A model generated the notes under the pieces. That model was given only the letters and a program-made list of their open reading frames with translations. It ran no database searches and was not told the origin of the DNA. From NCBI GenBank assembly GCA_963648975.1, contig CAVJFW010000003.1:2921-66920 (forward strand): a stretch of 64,000 nt of DNA. Direction: 5' to 3'. The translations under genes and the position numbers were made by a program. Shown here piece after piece: positions 48,601-57,373 of this stretch (position 1 is the first letter of the stretch; every line of letters begins with the position of its first letter). This DNA comes from a bacterium (GTDB lineage: Bacteria > Bacillota_I > Bacilli_A > RFN20 > CAG-288).

Positions 48601-50468
48601 ATCTTGTGAAACTTATGGACATCATCAGGGCTGAAGGCACATCTGCCATTTCATCTGGTATCATTTCGATGGATTTCTTCGATAAGACTTCTGTACTGAT
48701 GTCCTCAAAGTTCATCAGAGGAATTGTAGGCACCTGTCTTCAGTCACTGGTGAGAAATCTCAATGTTCCGTTCGAATTTTCATCTTTCCTTTCCTCGATT
48801 GATTTCTCCCTCTTTGCGGATTTGAGTGAAGATGATGCAAGGAAGGAACTGAACCTGTTATCTGATCTGACGGCGTATATGCAAAAAATGCCTGATTCGG
48901 ATGAAACATATTTTTCTTATCTCATGGACAATGTTCTGAAACTGAACTCCACGGAATCAGTCCTCAATGAATCCTCGGAGTCACTTACCATGGAAGATGA
49001 CCTATATCAGATTCTGGATGAAATGGCTTCATCAAGATTGATGAACAGCATGAAGGATGCAATTGAACTTTCACCATTGAAGATCTTCATCAAGGCGATG
49101 ATTTCCAGTCTGGGCATGGAAAAGCAAGTTACTCTTTCTTCGGATGAGATGTATGCAAATCATGTTCTTGATGGCATCCTGATGGATGTAGCTGACGATG
49201 AAATGGTCATTGAAATTTCTACTCTCAAGTTGATGCTGAATACTTTGCAGGGTTATTCCTTCGAACTTGAAGTCGGTAAATCCGTATCTGAATCCGCGAT
49301 GTCCATTCTTTTGCAGACCATGAACAATTCTGCCATTTTCCATCGTTATCCGATTTATGTCATGAAGGATGCATTTGAAAAACTGAATATAAATGATTAT
49401 TTGAATGACCCTGATGATTCTTCTCATGTCATTGAAACGGAATTCATGGTTCATCTGACCACATCCAAGGATGACATCTCTTACTGGCAGAATGACATAG
49501 ACATGCTTCTGAAGATTGCCTATGGAGAAACTTCTCTTTCCAACCTATTTGAAAAGGATGAGACCTTGTCTGCAATTGATCTTTCTTCAACCACAGTCTC
49601 GTTGGACTTTCTCTATTATCTTGGAAACATGAATGTCCTGAAGGAAGGACGTAGCTATCTTGTGTATAATCTGATAAATGAATCATGCCCGTCCTCAATT
49701 GATCCAAAACAGATTCTGAAGAAGTCAACATCAGCACCCTATGGTGAAAATGAATATGTCCATCGAATTGAAGAACTGTTCTATCAAAACCCAAAATTGA
49801 TGAATGCCAATGGTGAATTGGATAAGGAAAAAGCATTGAGTGATCTAACGATGATTCATGATGTGTTTTCCTGTGTCCTTTCCGAATTGGATGTTGTTTC
49901 TGAAAGAAAGGATATCAATGTTGATTTCCATAAGCTGATGTCATGCTGTTCCTCCGTTGATGAAAATGGGTTGTTTTATCGTTCCGACTTAGCCAGTGAG
50001 TTTGTCGCCGGAACCATCGGACTGCTTTTTGAGAATTCGCATTATCTCAACTATGCCTCACTTCTTTCCTCACTGGATTTCTACAAGGATGATTATCTCC
50101 TTGTCAATCCGATCGAGGGTGAGGCACTCAATGGACTTGTCCATATTGTCAATATCGATTTGTCAGTCTCCAAGACCTACCTTACATTTGCTGAAATTGA
50201 AACCATACTTCCTTGCTTTGGCAAAAACATGGTGGATGAGTCTGACCTTCTGGCTCTTTATTTCCTCTCCCTGGATGAATATCAGTCCGTAGGTGAGAAT
50301 TCCTATGTTGGCATGAAGCTTAGTGATGTGATTGGAAAACTTCCAGTCTGTAAAGTCATGGAAGACAGTCCCTGTCTTCTTTCCTCTCTTGTCAACATCT
50401 CTGAAAGCTATCTTTTGACACATTCCTACCAGGATGTCGTTTCTTCCTTGGATGGCTTGATCAAATGA
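45675..50468 (+). CDS. giant (1597 aa) membrane-anchored protein of unknown function
   Basis: An uninterrupted 4.8-kb ORF. The first ~230 aa contain about 5 TM helices, and the remaining ~1350 aa are acidic and rich in Ser/Leu/Asp/Ile/Phe. I recognised no catalytic motif. Confidence 0.6.
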   Translation: MTPSTLNTILIIVFVLVVLIAILAGVIGFLKGIYKTSLKTILKTILVVVLVFTTPSIAILVGKINIQGILQSDSAVTLQTWIANFVTESGLFSPINGIQIYEMAFVIATSLLSFAVFLFGMILIQIFIVPLTLILYQGIFRWILPVETPKERKFRKKNKDAAALKKGLVDEDNNILDKPRRKWSLFRIPSAIIGGIQEFGFVLILLTPIVSLATTALKNRDGIKNVMTSMDVSEENQNLVSSYLDTIENSWIYNLISFSKLDTTLINKATSVSVNGESISFNILVSSSFDLINPLLENETISYDSAYKKLTVNYSALMSLTTIDGIVDTLSSNPMLLALLPPLLDSAMNSISGDYFALNSLDFSNIDYSSEITVLRDIYSIVYDSGIKPLLNGNDFDFNHYVMKVSSFTDDDILSYVSAVRELGKMEVVRKNLPALLSSLGVYLNQKGYNIFPTEASAYENVDWSEDLAIITSVALKFFRLIQVDIQSKMDATELKNKIILALKDDGKREQIEEFMCSGDDEKGLLDTELFSIVSLPDILSSSFSTVPSLSEYSSQIDYHQIFSGYGSEDYKKEIHVLFDMLDVLFAADSKINVENFFSADFTDETVSAQIVDLLKLARNSRIFSSMYPTLLKTLLYSGKFNFSNYLFGLTPYNFNYSSGTFIDDFISLVEILPSIADMMKNLSDSTLSRKEKLESIDTALIEKMLTIITSSDFFNSDQLTGISSVKQKNINIQTVLSNFFSNDIFATIGFVTPDLQTMQNIDWIGTTEKRGEISNICHIVEDFKKNPYFGSSSKFNLKDIEDTSAFSDLITDGLESDLLHDSILNIIDDSMNQYLEKMGIHMSISEMRTELWIEESDEIADLISILQEFDFDDFDLKNMDLNLLNALLTQVRQMKLFDYVNTSNGDSFGSLLYHVLLKSDIQSLINLTTLDSSLFSQDASLWSVETSEYEYQTKDRYNNPVTKRFVVTSDGDISNLVKLMDIIRAEGTSAISSGIISMDFFDKTSVLMSSKFIRGIVGTCLQSLVRNLNVPFEFSSFLSSIDFSLFADLSEDDARKELNLLSDLTAYMQKMPDSDETYFSYLMDNVLKLNSTESVLNESSESLTMEDDLYQILDEMASSRLMNSMKDAIELSPLKIFIKAMISSLGMEKQVTLSSDEMYANHVLDGILMDVADDEMVIEISTLKLMLNTLQGYSFELEVGKSVSESAMSILLQTMNNSAIFHRYPIYVMKDAFEKLNINDYLNDPDDSSHVIETEFMVHLTTSKDDISYWQNDIDMLLKIAYGETSLSNLFEKDETLSAIDLSSTTVSLDFLYYLGNMNVLKEGRSYLVYNLINESCPSSIDPKQILKKSTSAPYGENEYVHRIEELFYQNPKLMNANGELDKEKALSDLTMIHDVFSCVLSELDVVSERKDINVDFHKLMSCCSSVDENGLFYRSDLASEFVAGTIGLLFENSHYLNYASLLSSLDFYKDDYLLVNPIEGEALNGLVHIVNIDLSVSKTYLTFAEIETILPCFGKNMVDESDLLALYFLSLDEYQSVGENSYVGMKLSDVIGKLPVCKVMEDSPCLLSSLVNISESYLLTHSYQDVVSSLDGLIK

Positions 50469-50483
50469 AAAACCGGCTTTTGA

Positions 50484-50518
50484 TTCTGCCTCCCCTACAT
50501 GAGAATGGGGAGGCAGAA
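50484..50518. terminator. strong hairpin between convergent genes (probable terminator)
   Basis: TTCTGCCTCCCC / GGGGAGGCAGAA 12-bp stem. There is no clear U-tract on either side. Confidence 0.5.
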
Positions 50519-50537
50519 ATCATTGAGCCGGATTTTA

Positions 50538-51416
50538 TTATTTGGATTTTGGATTTTTAAGCATATAGGCAAGGCCGACGGTATTCTCTCCGCAATGGCA
50601 GCAGATGATGCCACTTGCCTCGACTGGAATCAGGATCGTCTCACCGACAAGTTCCTTGAGTTCCTTTTCGATTTTCTCGACGCCATAATCCCCGGTGACA
50701 TGCGGAATCATGATTGGGTAAGAGAAATCTATGTTGTCCTTGGCGAACTGTTCCTTGAATTCCTCTGCCATCTTGCTGAGTCCTTTGGACAGGTCTTTTC
50801 CTCTGACGAGGGAATGTACATTCATTTTTCCATCGTCGAGCTGTACGATTGGATGGATGGAGAATTTGTTCCCGAGAAGATAGGTGAGGCCTGAACATCT
50901 ACCGCCCTTGTGGAGGAATTCCATCGTCTGGATGACAAACTGCATGGAAATCTTCTTTACTCTTTCTTCATGATTATGAATGATTTCGTCTACTGACAGA
51001 TCCTTTTTGAAGTCTTCGCAGATGCCCATGGCTTCAAGGGCAATGCCTGAAGACAATGACTGGGAGTCAAGAACCGTTACCTTTTCCTGAAGGTTGAGAT
51101 CAGCTACGGCGATATGGGCATTGTTGTTGATGGAAGATATGAAGGAGGATATCGGCATATAGAATAGATGGTCGACGTCCTTGCTTTCCCTTTTCAGCAT
51201 TTCCTCGATTTCAGGGATGTTCAGAGCGGAAGTTTTTGGAAAGATTCCGGTATCCTTGTATTTCGTGATGATTTCGGATGCGGTGATTTCCTTTCTGTCA
51301 AGGAACTGTCTTTCGTTGAAGTTGATGACAAGGTCAGTGACACCGATGTTATATTTCTCATAGAATTCAAGAGGAAGGTCGCAACTTGAATCCACAACTA
51401 ATTTGTACTTTGACAT
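50538..51416 (-). CDS. DegV-family fatty-acid-binding protein
   Basis: N-terminal YKLVVDSSCDLP plus typical length and layout. Start at MSKYKL, with GAGG 7 nt upstream. Confidence 0.85.
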   Translation of the reverse strand: MSKYKLVVDSSCDLPLEFYEKYNIGVTDLVINFNERQFLDRKEITASEIITKYKDTGIFPKTSALNIPEIEEMLKRESKDVDHLFYMPISSFISSINNNAHIAVADLNLQEKVTVLDSQSLSSGIALEAMGICEDFKKDLSVDEIIHNHEERVKKISMQFVIQTMEFLHKGGRCSGLTYLLGNKFSIHPIVQLDDGKMNVHSLVRGKDLSKGLSKMAEEFKEQFAKDNIDFSYPIMIPHVTGDYGVEKIEKELKELVGETILIPVEASGIICCHCGENTVGLAYMLKNPKSK

Positions 51417-51481
51417 AGTTAACCTCACTTTTTTTGGTATAATTTATTTTAGGTAAAAAGAAAGTTGATGTCAAAAAATAT

Positions 51482-51877
51482 ATGCCTGAATTGCTTTCCC
51501 AATTGTCATACGAAGAAAAAAAGAGCAAATTTATTGCGCTGATGTACCATATTGATACGGAAGAAACGAATAAAAGAATTCTTTCTTCCCTGAAGGAAGA
51601 ACATAAGGACGCCAAACATATCCTTCATGTCTCACGCTTTGTCAATCGTTTTTCCGCATATACGTTGGAGGCAAGCGATGACCGGGAACCAATATCCTCG
51701 ATGAAAAAAGCCAGTCGATATTTTGAGCGGGACAACATCACGGATATGGGTATCTATATCGTCAGATATTATGGTGGAAAGGAATTGGGAGCCAGCCACC
51801 TTGATCAAATCTATTTCAAACTTGCAATGAAGCTGTTCGAAGAATATAAATCCATGAACAAGGAGAAAAACAAATGA
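51482..51877 (+). CDS. YigZ/IMPACT-family N-terminal-domain protein
   Basis: Aligns by eye to E. coli YigZ: EEKKSKFIALMYH, EHKDAKH, SDDREP and IVRYYGGKELGASHL. At 131 aa it has no C-terminal domain. Confidence 0.6.
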   Translation: MPELLSQLSYEEKKSKFIALMYHIDTEETNKRILSSLKEEHKDAKHILHVSRFVNRFSAYTLEASDDREPISSMKKASRYFERDNITDMGIYIVRYYGGKELGASHLDQIYFKLAMKLFEEYKSMNKEKNK

Positions 51878-52737
51878 AAATCGCTGTATCTGCAGAAAGC
51901 ACGATTGACATGCCTAAGGATCTTCTGAATGAATATGACATTCACACTCTTCCTTTTGGCATTGTCATGGGAGATGAGATGCGTCTTGATGGAGAAGTGG
52001 ATTCCACCGATCTGTTCAAGTTTGCCGACGAGACCAAAAAACTTCCAAAGACGAGTGCCGTCAATCAGTTCCAATATCAGGAACATTTCGGCAAACTGAA
52101 GGAAATGGGATATGATGCCATCATACATTTTTCACTTTCCAGCAAGATCTCCTCTGCCTGTCAGAATGCAAAGACAGTGGCAGAATCTCTTGAAAATGTA
52201 TATGTCATCGATACACTTTCCTTATCCACAGGTATTGCCCTTCAGGCCATCTATGCCTCCAAGCTTGCCAAGGCAGGTTATTCCGCTGAAGAAATCGTAA
52301 AGATGTGTACTGAACGTATTCCAACCTGCCAGGCCAGTTTTTCACTCGAAAGCGTAAATTATCTTTATATGGGCGGCAGATGCTCCATGCTTAGCATGCT
52401 TGGTGCCAATGTCCTTCATCTCAAACCGGCCATCCTGGTCGAAAACGGATCCATGAGAGCCGGAAAGAAGTATCGTGGAAACATGATGAAGGCGGTCATG
52501 GGTTATGTCGGAGATATTCTTGCCGAATTCAATACTCCAGACCTTGAGGAAGTCTTCATCACCTATTCGAGTGCACCTGATGATGTCGTCACGAAGGTCA
52601 GGGAAGTGCTTGCTAACAAAGGATTCCATAATATTCATGTCACTAAGGCAGGGGGAACGATATCCTGCCATTGTGGACCAAACTGTTTAGGCATTCTTTA
52701 CTTCAATGATGGCGAACATGCCATCATCAACAAATAA
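51874..52737 (+). CDS. DegV-family fatty-acid-binding protein
   Basis: MKIAVSAESTIDMP start and the DegV layout. It overlaps the previous stop by 4 nt. Confidence 0.85.
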   Translation: MKIAVSAESTIDMPKDLLNEYDIHTLPFGIVMGDEMRLDGEVDSTDLFKFADETKKLPKTSAVNQFQYQEHFGKLKEMGYDAIIHFSLSSKISSACQNAKTVAESLENVYVIDTLSLSTGIALQAIYASKLAKAGYSAEEIVKMCTERIPTCQASFSLESVNYLYMGGRCSMLSMLGANVLHLKPAILVENGSMRAGKKYRGNMMKAVMGYVGDILAEFNTPDLEEVFITYSSAPDDVVTKVREVLANKGFHNIHVTKAGGTISCHCGPNCLGILYFNDGEHAIINK

Positions 52738-52749
52738 GGAGAAACAAAA

Positions 52750-53562
52750 ATGACTGAAAATAAGACTGATACTTCAAAGGCTCCATATCTTCCCAAGACT
52801 GAACCATCACAGGGTAGCAGAATTGCCCATGCCGTTGCCGTAATGTCAGGAAAGGGTGGTGTCGGAAAATCATTCACATCCGCTTATCTTGCCGTAGCCT
52901 TGGCAAGGAAGGGGTATAAGGTTGGCATCCTTGATGCCGATATCACTGGACCTAGCATTCCATTCTGCTTCAATGTGAAAGGCCCGACCTATTCCGAAGG
53001 TGGAACAATTCTCCCTGTCATGAGCAAGACAGGCATCGCCATCATGTCCTCAAACCTTCTTCTGGATAATCCTGAAGATCCTATCGTCTGGAGAGGAACG
53101 ATGATTTCCACTCTCATCGAACAGTTCTATTCCGAAGTGAAATGGGATGTCGATTATCTTATCATCGATTTGGCTCCAGGTACCGGTGACATCTCCCTGA
53201 CTGTCTTTCAGAAGATCAGACTCAGTTCGGCGGTCCTTGTCACGACCCCACAATCCATGGTGAACATGGTTGTCGAGAAATCCGCCAAGATGGCTGACAT
53301 GCTTTCTGTTCCGCTTCTTTCACTTGTCGAGAACATGGCCTATGTGAAATGCCCTAATTGCTCTGAACGTATCGACATCTATGGCAAAAGGGATACCGAT
53401 ATCGGAAAGAAACATGGCATTCCTGTATTTGATGAAGTTCCATTCGATGAAAGAATAAGCAAGGCAATGGATGAAGGCGACATTGAATCGCTATATGTCG
53501 ATTATCTTGATTCAACGGTTGATGCCATCATCAAAAACAGCATTGAGAGCGATATGAACTGA
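52750..53562 (+). CDS. Mrp/NBP35/ApbC-family ATP-binding Fe-S cluster carrier
   Basis: Deviant Walker A VMSGKGGVGKS, switch DLAPGTGD and CPNC cluster-ligand motif. Confidence 0.85.
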   Translation: MTENKTDTSKAPYLPKTEPSQGSRIAHAVAVMSGKGGVGKSFTSAYLAVALARKGYKVGILDADITGPSIPFCFNVKGPTYSEGGTILPVMSKTGIAIMSSNLLLDNPEDPIVWRGTMISTLIEQFYSEVKWDVDYLIIDLAPGTGDISLTVFQKIRLSSAVLVTTPQSMVNMVVEKSAKMADMLSVPLLSLVENMAYVKCPNCSERIDIYGKRDTDIGKKHGIPVFDEVPFDERISKAMDEGDIESLYVDYLDSTVDAIIKNSIESDMN

Positions 53563-53563
53563 T

Positions 53564-54286
53564 ATGACTTCAGAGGAAAAAAACATTCAGTTTCTGAAAC
53601 ACTTCAAGGAATTGGAAAACCATGTCATTTCCATTGCCAAAATCAATGGTGATGGACATGTTTCCTTTTCCAGAGCCCTGAATGAAGTCTATTATCAAAG
53701 AAAGAATCCTCTGATCAGCGAATATGAAAACTATGATTTTCTCAAGACTGCTGCTGACCTGAGAAACATCCTTTCCCATGAGAATGACATATGCATTCCA
53801 GGTGATGACTTCCTTGAAAGATTCATAAATCTCAAGAATGCCATCATGCATCCCCTCACATGTTATTCTGTCTGTTCGAAGAAGGTCCATTCCTGCAGGA
53901 AAGACGATTTGGTTATGGATTGCATCAAGAAGATGACCTATCATTCCTTATCGCATCTTCCGATTTTGGATGAAGATGGATGCGTGATCGGAATATTTTC
54001 CAGGAATAGCCTTTTTGATTATTACAGCATGAACGAAACCATATCGTTTGACTCGAAGACCAAGATATCCGAAATGAATGAATTCCTCTCCATTGACGAT
54101 CATCTCAATGAACAGTTTCTGTTTGTTGGGAAAACAAAAAGGGTAGACGAAGTCTACCCAATCCTGTTCAAGAAAAAGGAACATGATAGGAACATCAGTC
54201 TTCTTCTTGTCACCGAGCATGGCAGAAGCAGCGAGAAACTTCTTGGTGTCATCACTTCCACCGACTTGGTGAAATACCATATATGA
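53564..54286 (+). CDS. CBS-pair protein with an N-terminal HEPN-like (RNxxxH) helical domain
   Basis: The N-terminal ~95 aa are helical and end in DLRNILSHEN (R-x4-H). The C-terminal part carries two CBS-like repeats (HLPILDEDGCVIGIFS; LLLVTEHGRSSEKLLGVITSTDL). Confidence 0.5.
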   Translation: MTSEEKNIQFLKHFKELENHVISIAKINGDGHVSFSRALNEVYYQRKNPLISEYENYDFLKTAADLRNILSHENDICIPGDDFLERFINLKNAIMHPLTCYSVCSKKVHSCRKDDLVMDCIKKMTYHSLSHLPILDEDGCVIGIFSRNSLFDYYSMNETISFDSKTKISEMNEFLSIDDHLNEQFLFVGKTKRVDEVYPILFKKKEHDRNISLLLVTEHGRSSEKLLGVITSTDLVKYHI

Positions 54287-54287
54287 T

Positions 54288-56537
54288 CTATTTCGTGATT
54301 TTCAGATAGAAAACGACAGTTTCCGTATGCAGGGAAGAATCTTCCGTGTATGCGACAGTGACCTTGATACCGACAAGGTCTTTTTCTGTTGTCGGTTCAA
54401 TGGTAGTGAACTTGTTGGAAAGAAGACCATTCTTCTTTGCGAGTGAGTCATCCGTGCTTGCATATGTCGCAATGGCCCCACTGGGAAGCTGTATCAATGC
54501 CGATGGATCGAATGTGGCCCCCGCTTTTATCGTGTATTCCCTGGTTGTGGAATCAAAGGCGGAATTTTCCTTAAAGGTCGTCTTGGTGTTTCTGAAGCCC
54601 TTGGCTGTGCCTTCATATTTCACTGACACGGATTTGGTTTGACTGGAAATGGTCGTCACGTTCTCCTTTGGCGTTATGGTGAAGGTGATACTTGCTGAAC
54701 TGTCACATTGCTTTTCATTCTTGCTGTTGACCTCACCATTGTAGATTGACTTGATGGGAACAACTTTCTTCTGTTCCTGATCGATGGTGAACATTTCCTC
54801 GTCGGAGGATTTCAATGTGTAGTCAAAGTCATTCACACTTTCACCGGCAAGAAGATGAAGGGCCTCACTTTTCGCTTCATCGGAATCCTTGAATGTCGTA
54901 GATTCCAGATTGCATTTCACATAATCCTCATACGAGAGGTCGAGGCTTTGGATTCTTCTATATAAGGGATAGAGAAGCCTTTTTCTTTCTTCGCTGACAA
55001 AGGAGGAATAATAATAGGAAAGAAGTGAGTCCTTCTTGTTTTTCATGTTCTGGTTGTTTGTGGCTCCGTAGTTGGTTTCGGCCTGATATAGGATGTCACT
55101 TTCCTTTATCAATGAGACGACGTTTGTCTTTTCATCCTCAAAAGTGAAATTTTCCGAAGCTTTTATGTAATTCACCAGCTCATCTTTTCTTTTTGAAAGA
55201 GAATCATCCGTCTTCTGTACAGGCTTATCCATGGAGATGCTGAAGAATGTATATTCCTCATCAGTCGACTTTCTTTTTCCATTGATTCTGAAAGTGATGT
55301 TTTTTGTTGGATGCGTGTCATCTTCCTTGCTGATGACGACTTCCATTGCAGTGATGCTTTTTGGCAAAGTGAAACTTATTTCGATGTCATCATTGCTATA
55401 GCTGTACTCACTCTCTGTGACATGTTCTTCATAGAAACTTTCTACGAATTTCATTCCTGTCTCATTCAGCGAAAGAGTTGCTGAATTGTCATCCTTCTTT
55501 TCGTCAATGTAGTTGGATAGGAAAGAAGATAACTGCAATAAGCCATCCTTTGTCAATAATTCCGAATAATCGAATGAAGTTTCGTTTTCGAGCTTGTCTT
55601 CTTTCTTTGATTTCAGGAATTCTTTGTAAATCGGTAGCAAAAGCGAAGTGAAATCAATTTGTTGGAAGGCAAATGCATGCTCTTCTTTTGTGTTTGATGT
55701 CGTGAAATCCCTGTTGATTGAAGAATAGAAATCAGTTCCATTCAGACAGGATATGTTGAGGGAAGTGATGTCTTTGTAGTCGTTCTTGTCAAGATATTCA
55801 TCATATGATGTGTTCATGATCGATAAAAGGGAAGAATAAAGGATGCCTTTGATGTTTGAGATTTTATCTGCCGCAGATAGAAGAATGTTTCTTGAACAGA
55901 TGTCATTCAGGAAAGTCTTTGATTGAATGGATAAATCCATCATGTTCTTTTTTTCTTCGTTTTCCGCATATTCATATATTGACAGATTGATTGGAAGCTT
56001 CAGGTTTCCGTATGTTGATGTGTTTGACGTGTCGAAAAGCTCCATTTCCAATGAGGATGAGGATAACTTTCCGCTGATTTTTCCTAAATCCATGGAGATG
56101 CTCACTGGAATGGTCACACCTTTATCATATTCATAGCTTTCCAGATCGGATTTGGCTTCCCCGATGGATGAAAAAGCCTGTGATATTTTTTCTACGACGG
56201 TATAAGATATGACTTTCTTTATCGTTTCATCTGCCTTGCAGGATACTTCTATCTTGCCTGATCCCTTCTTCAGGGCGGTGACAAGTCCTGTTTCGCTGAC
56301 GGAAAGAATTTCTTCCGTCAATGACTTGTAGTTGACTTCGTCCTTGCTTCCACCATATACATGAGCTTCGATCTGGTTTGTTTCACCGACGGAAAGGTTT
56401 TTTCTGTCATTCTCGCTTTCGCACACAAGGGTCAGATTGTTCTGACAGACGTTGCTAGCCACGTTATTTTCGTTGCATGATGTCAAAATGGAAAATGGGA
56501 TAATGCCAAATAACATTGCTTTTGTTATTTTCTTCAT
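54288..56537 (-). CDS. large surface lipoprotein with an N-terminal Big_2-like Ig domain
   Basis: Lipobox ILTSC. Residues ~35-115 fit a bacterial Ig-like group 2 domain (GETNQIEAHV...ILSVSETGLVTALKKGSGKIEVS). The rest is unassigned. Confidence 0.55.
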   Translation of the reverse strand: MKKITKAMLFGIIPFSILTSCNENNVASNVCQNNLTLVCESENDRKNLSVGETNQIEAHVYGGSKDEVNYKSLTEEILSVSETGLVTALKKGSGKIEVSCKADETIKKVISYTVVEKISQAFSSIGEAKSDLESYEYDKGVTIPVSISMDLGKISGKLSSSSLEMELFDTSNTSTYGNLKLPINLSIYEYAENEEKKNMMDLSIQSKTFLNDICSRNILLSAADKISNIKGILYSSLLSIMNTSYDEYLDKNDYKDITSLNISCLNGTDFYSSINRDFTTSNTKEEHAFAFQQIDFTSLLLPIYKEFLKSKKEDKLENETSFDYSELLTKDGLLQLSSFLSNYIDEKKDDNSATLSLNETGMKFVESFYEEHVTESEYSYSNDDIEISFTLPKSITAMEVVISKEDDTHPTKNITFRINGKRKSTDEEYTFFSISMDKPVQKTDDSLSKRKDELVNYIKASENFTFEDEKTNVVSLIKESDILYQAETNYGATNNQNMKNKKDSLLSYYYSSFVSEERKRLLYPLYRRIQSLDLSYEDYVKCNLESTTFKDSDEAKSEALHLLAGESVNDFDYTLKSSDEEMFTIDQEQKKVVPIKSIYNGEVNSKNEKQCDSSASITFTITPKENVTTISSQTKSVSVKYEGTAKGFRNTKTTFKENSAFDSTTREYTIKAGATFDPSALIQLPSGAIATYASTDDSLAKKNGLLSNKFTTIEPTTEKDLVGIKVTVAYTEDSSLHTETVVFYLKITK

Positions 56538-56662
56538 TTATGTAATCTCTCCTCGCTATGAATTTATTTTAACACGAAAAAATATGTCACAATCATCATT
56601 TCACATGTTTGTCTTATTGTTGCAGAGTCATCTTTTGTTTATAATTATCTCATTGTCATAAC

Positions 56663-57373
56663 ATGATCAGAATTGCCATAGTCGAAGATGAATCCTTGTC
56701 TAGTCAACTGCTATCCGAAATGATTCATCGATATTCATCCCAGAAGAATGCCTCCGTTGATGTGTCCGTGTTTTCTGATGGAGATTCTTTTCTGGAAAAA
56801 AAGAATGATCGTTTCGACCTTGTCTTCCTGGATATCAACATGCCTGGGAAAAACGGAATGGAAGTGGCAAAGGAATTTCGCAGATACCAAACCGAAACTT
56901 TTCTCATATTCGTCACTGACCTTGCCCAATATGCCATAAAGGGATATGAGGTCGATGCCATGGATTTTCTTGTCAAACCTGTAAACTATAATCACCTGTC
57001 TTCCAGATTGGATAAGATTTTCCGTCTGATTCATGAAAAAAGCAAGGATAGCAAATTTCAGATACGGTCATCGAAAGGGATCGTTGCCGTATCCCCATAT
57101 GAAATCAGATATGTCGAGGTACTCGAACATACTTTGATTTTTCATATGGGAGACGAACTCATCTATTCTTCCGGAAGCCTCAACGAGATGGAAAAGAAAC
57201 TATCTTCATTTGATTTTGTCAGATGCAACAATTGCTATCTTGTCAATCTTGCCTTTGTCACATCCATTTCCAAATATACTTTGTATATTCATGACGATAC
57301 ACTAAGTATCTCCAGAAACAGAAAGAAAATGTTCATGGAAGCTTTCACTGAATATTTGGGGAAACATAATTAA
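56663..57373 (+). CDS. LytTR-family response regulator
   Basis: Receiver domain (LVFLDINMPGKNG) plus a C-terminal LytTR domain (IRYVEV..., FVRCNNCYLVNL). Confidence 0.85.
   Translation: MIRIAIVEDESLSSQLLSEMIHRYSSQKNASVDVSVFSDGDSFLEKKNDRFDLVFLDINMPGKNGMEVAKEFRRYQTETFLIFVTDLAQYAIKGYEVDAMDFLVKPVNYNHLSSRLDKIFRLIHEKSKDSKFQIRSSKGIVAVSPYEIRYVEVLEHTLIFHMGDELIYSSGSLNEMEKKLSSFDFVRCNNCYLVNLAFVTSISKYTLYIHDDTLSISRNRKKMFMEAFTEYLGKHN

Noticed and set aside
56584-56661. A small ORF (MSQSSFHMFVLLLQSHLLFIIISLS) ending just before the LytTR regulator, considered as an AgrD-like autoinducer precursor.
   Set aside because: It has no RBS and no Cys/Ser/Thr-containing cyclisation motif or double-glycine leader. 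It overlaps the probable promoter (TTGTTG-17-TATAAT) of the two-component operon.
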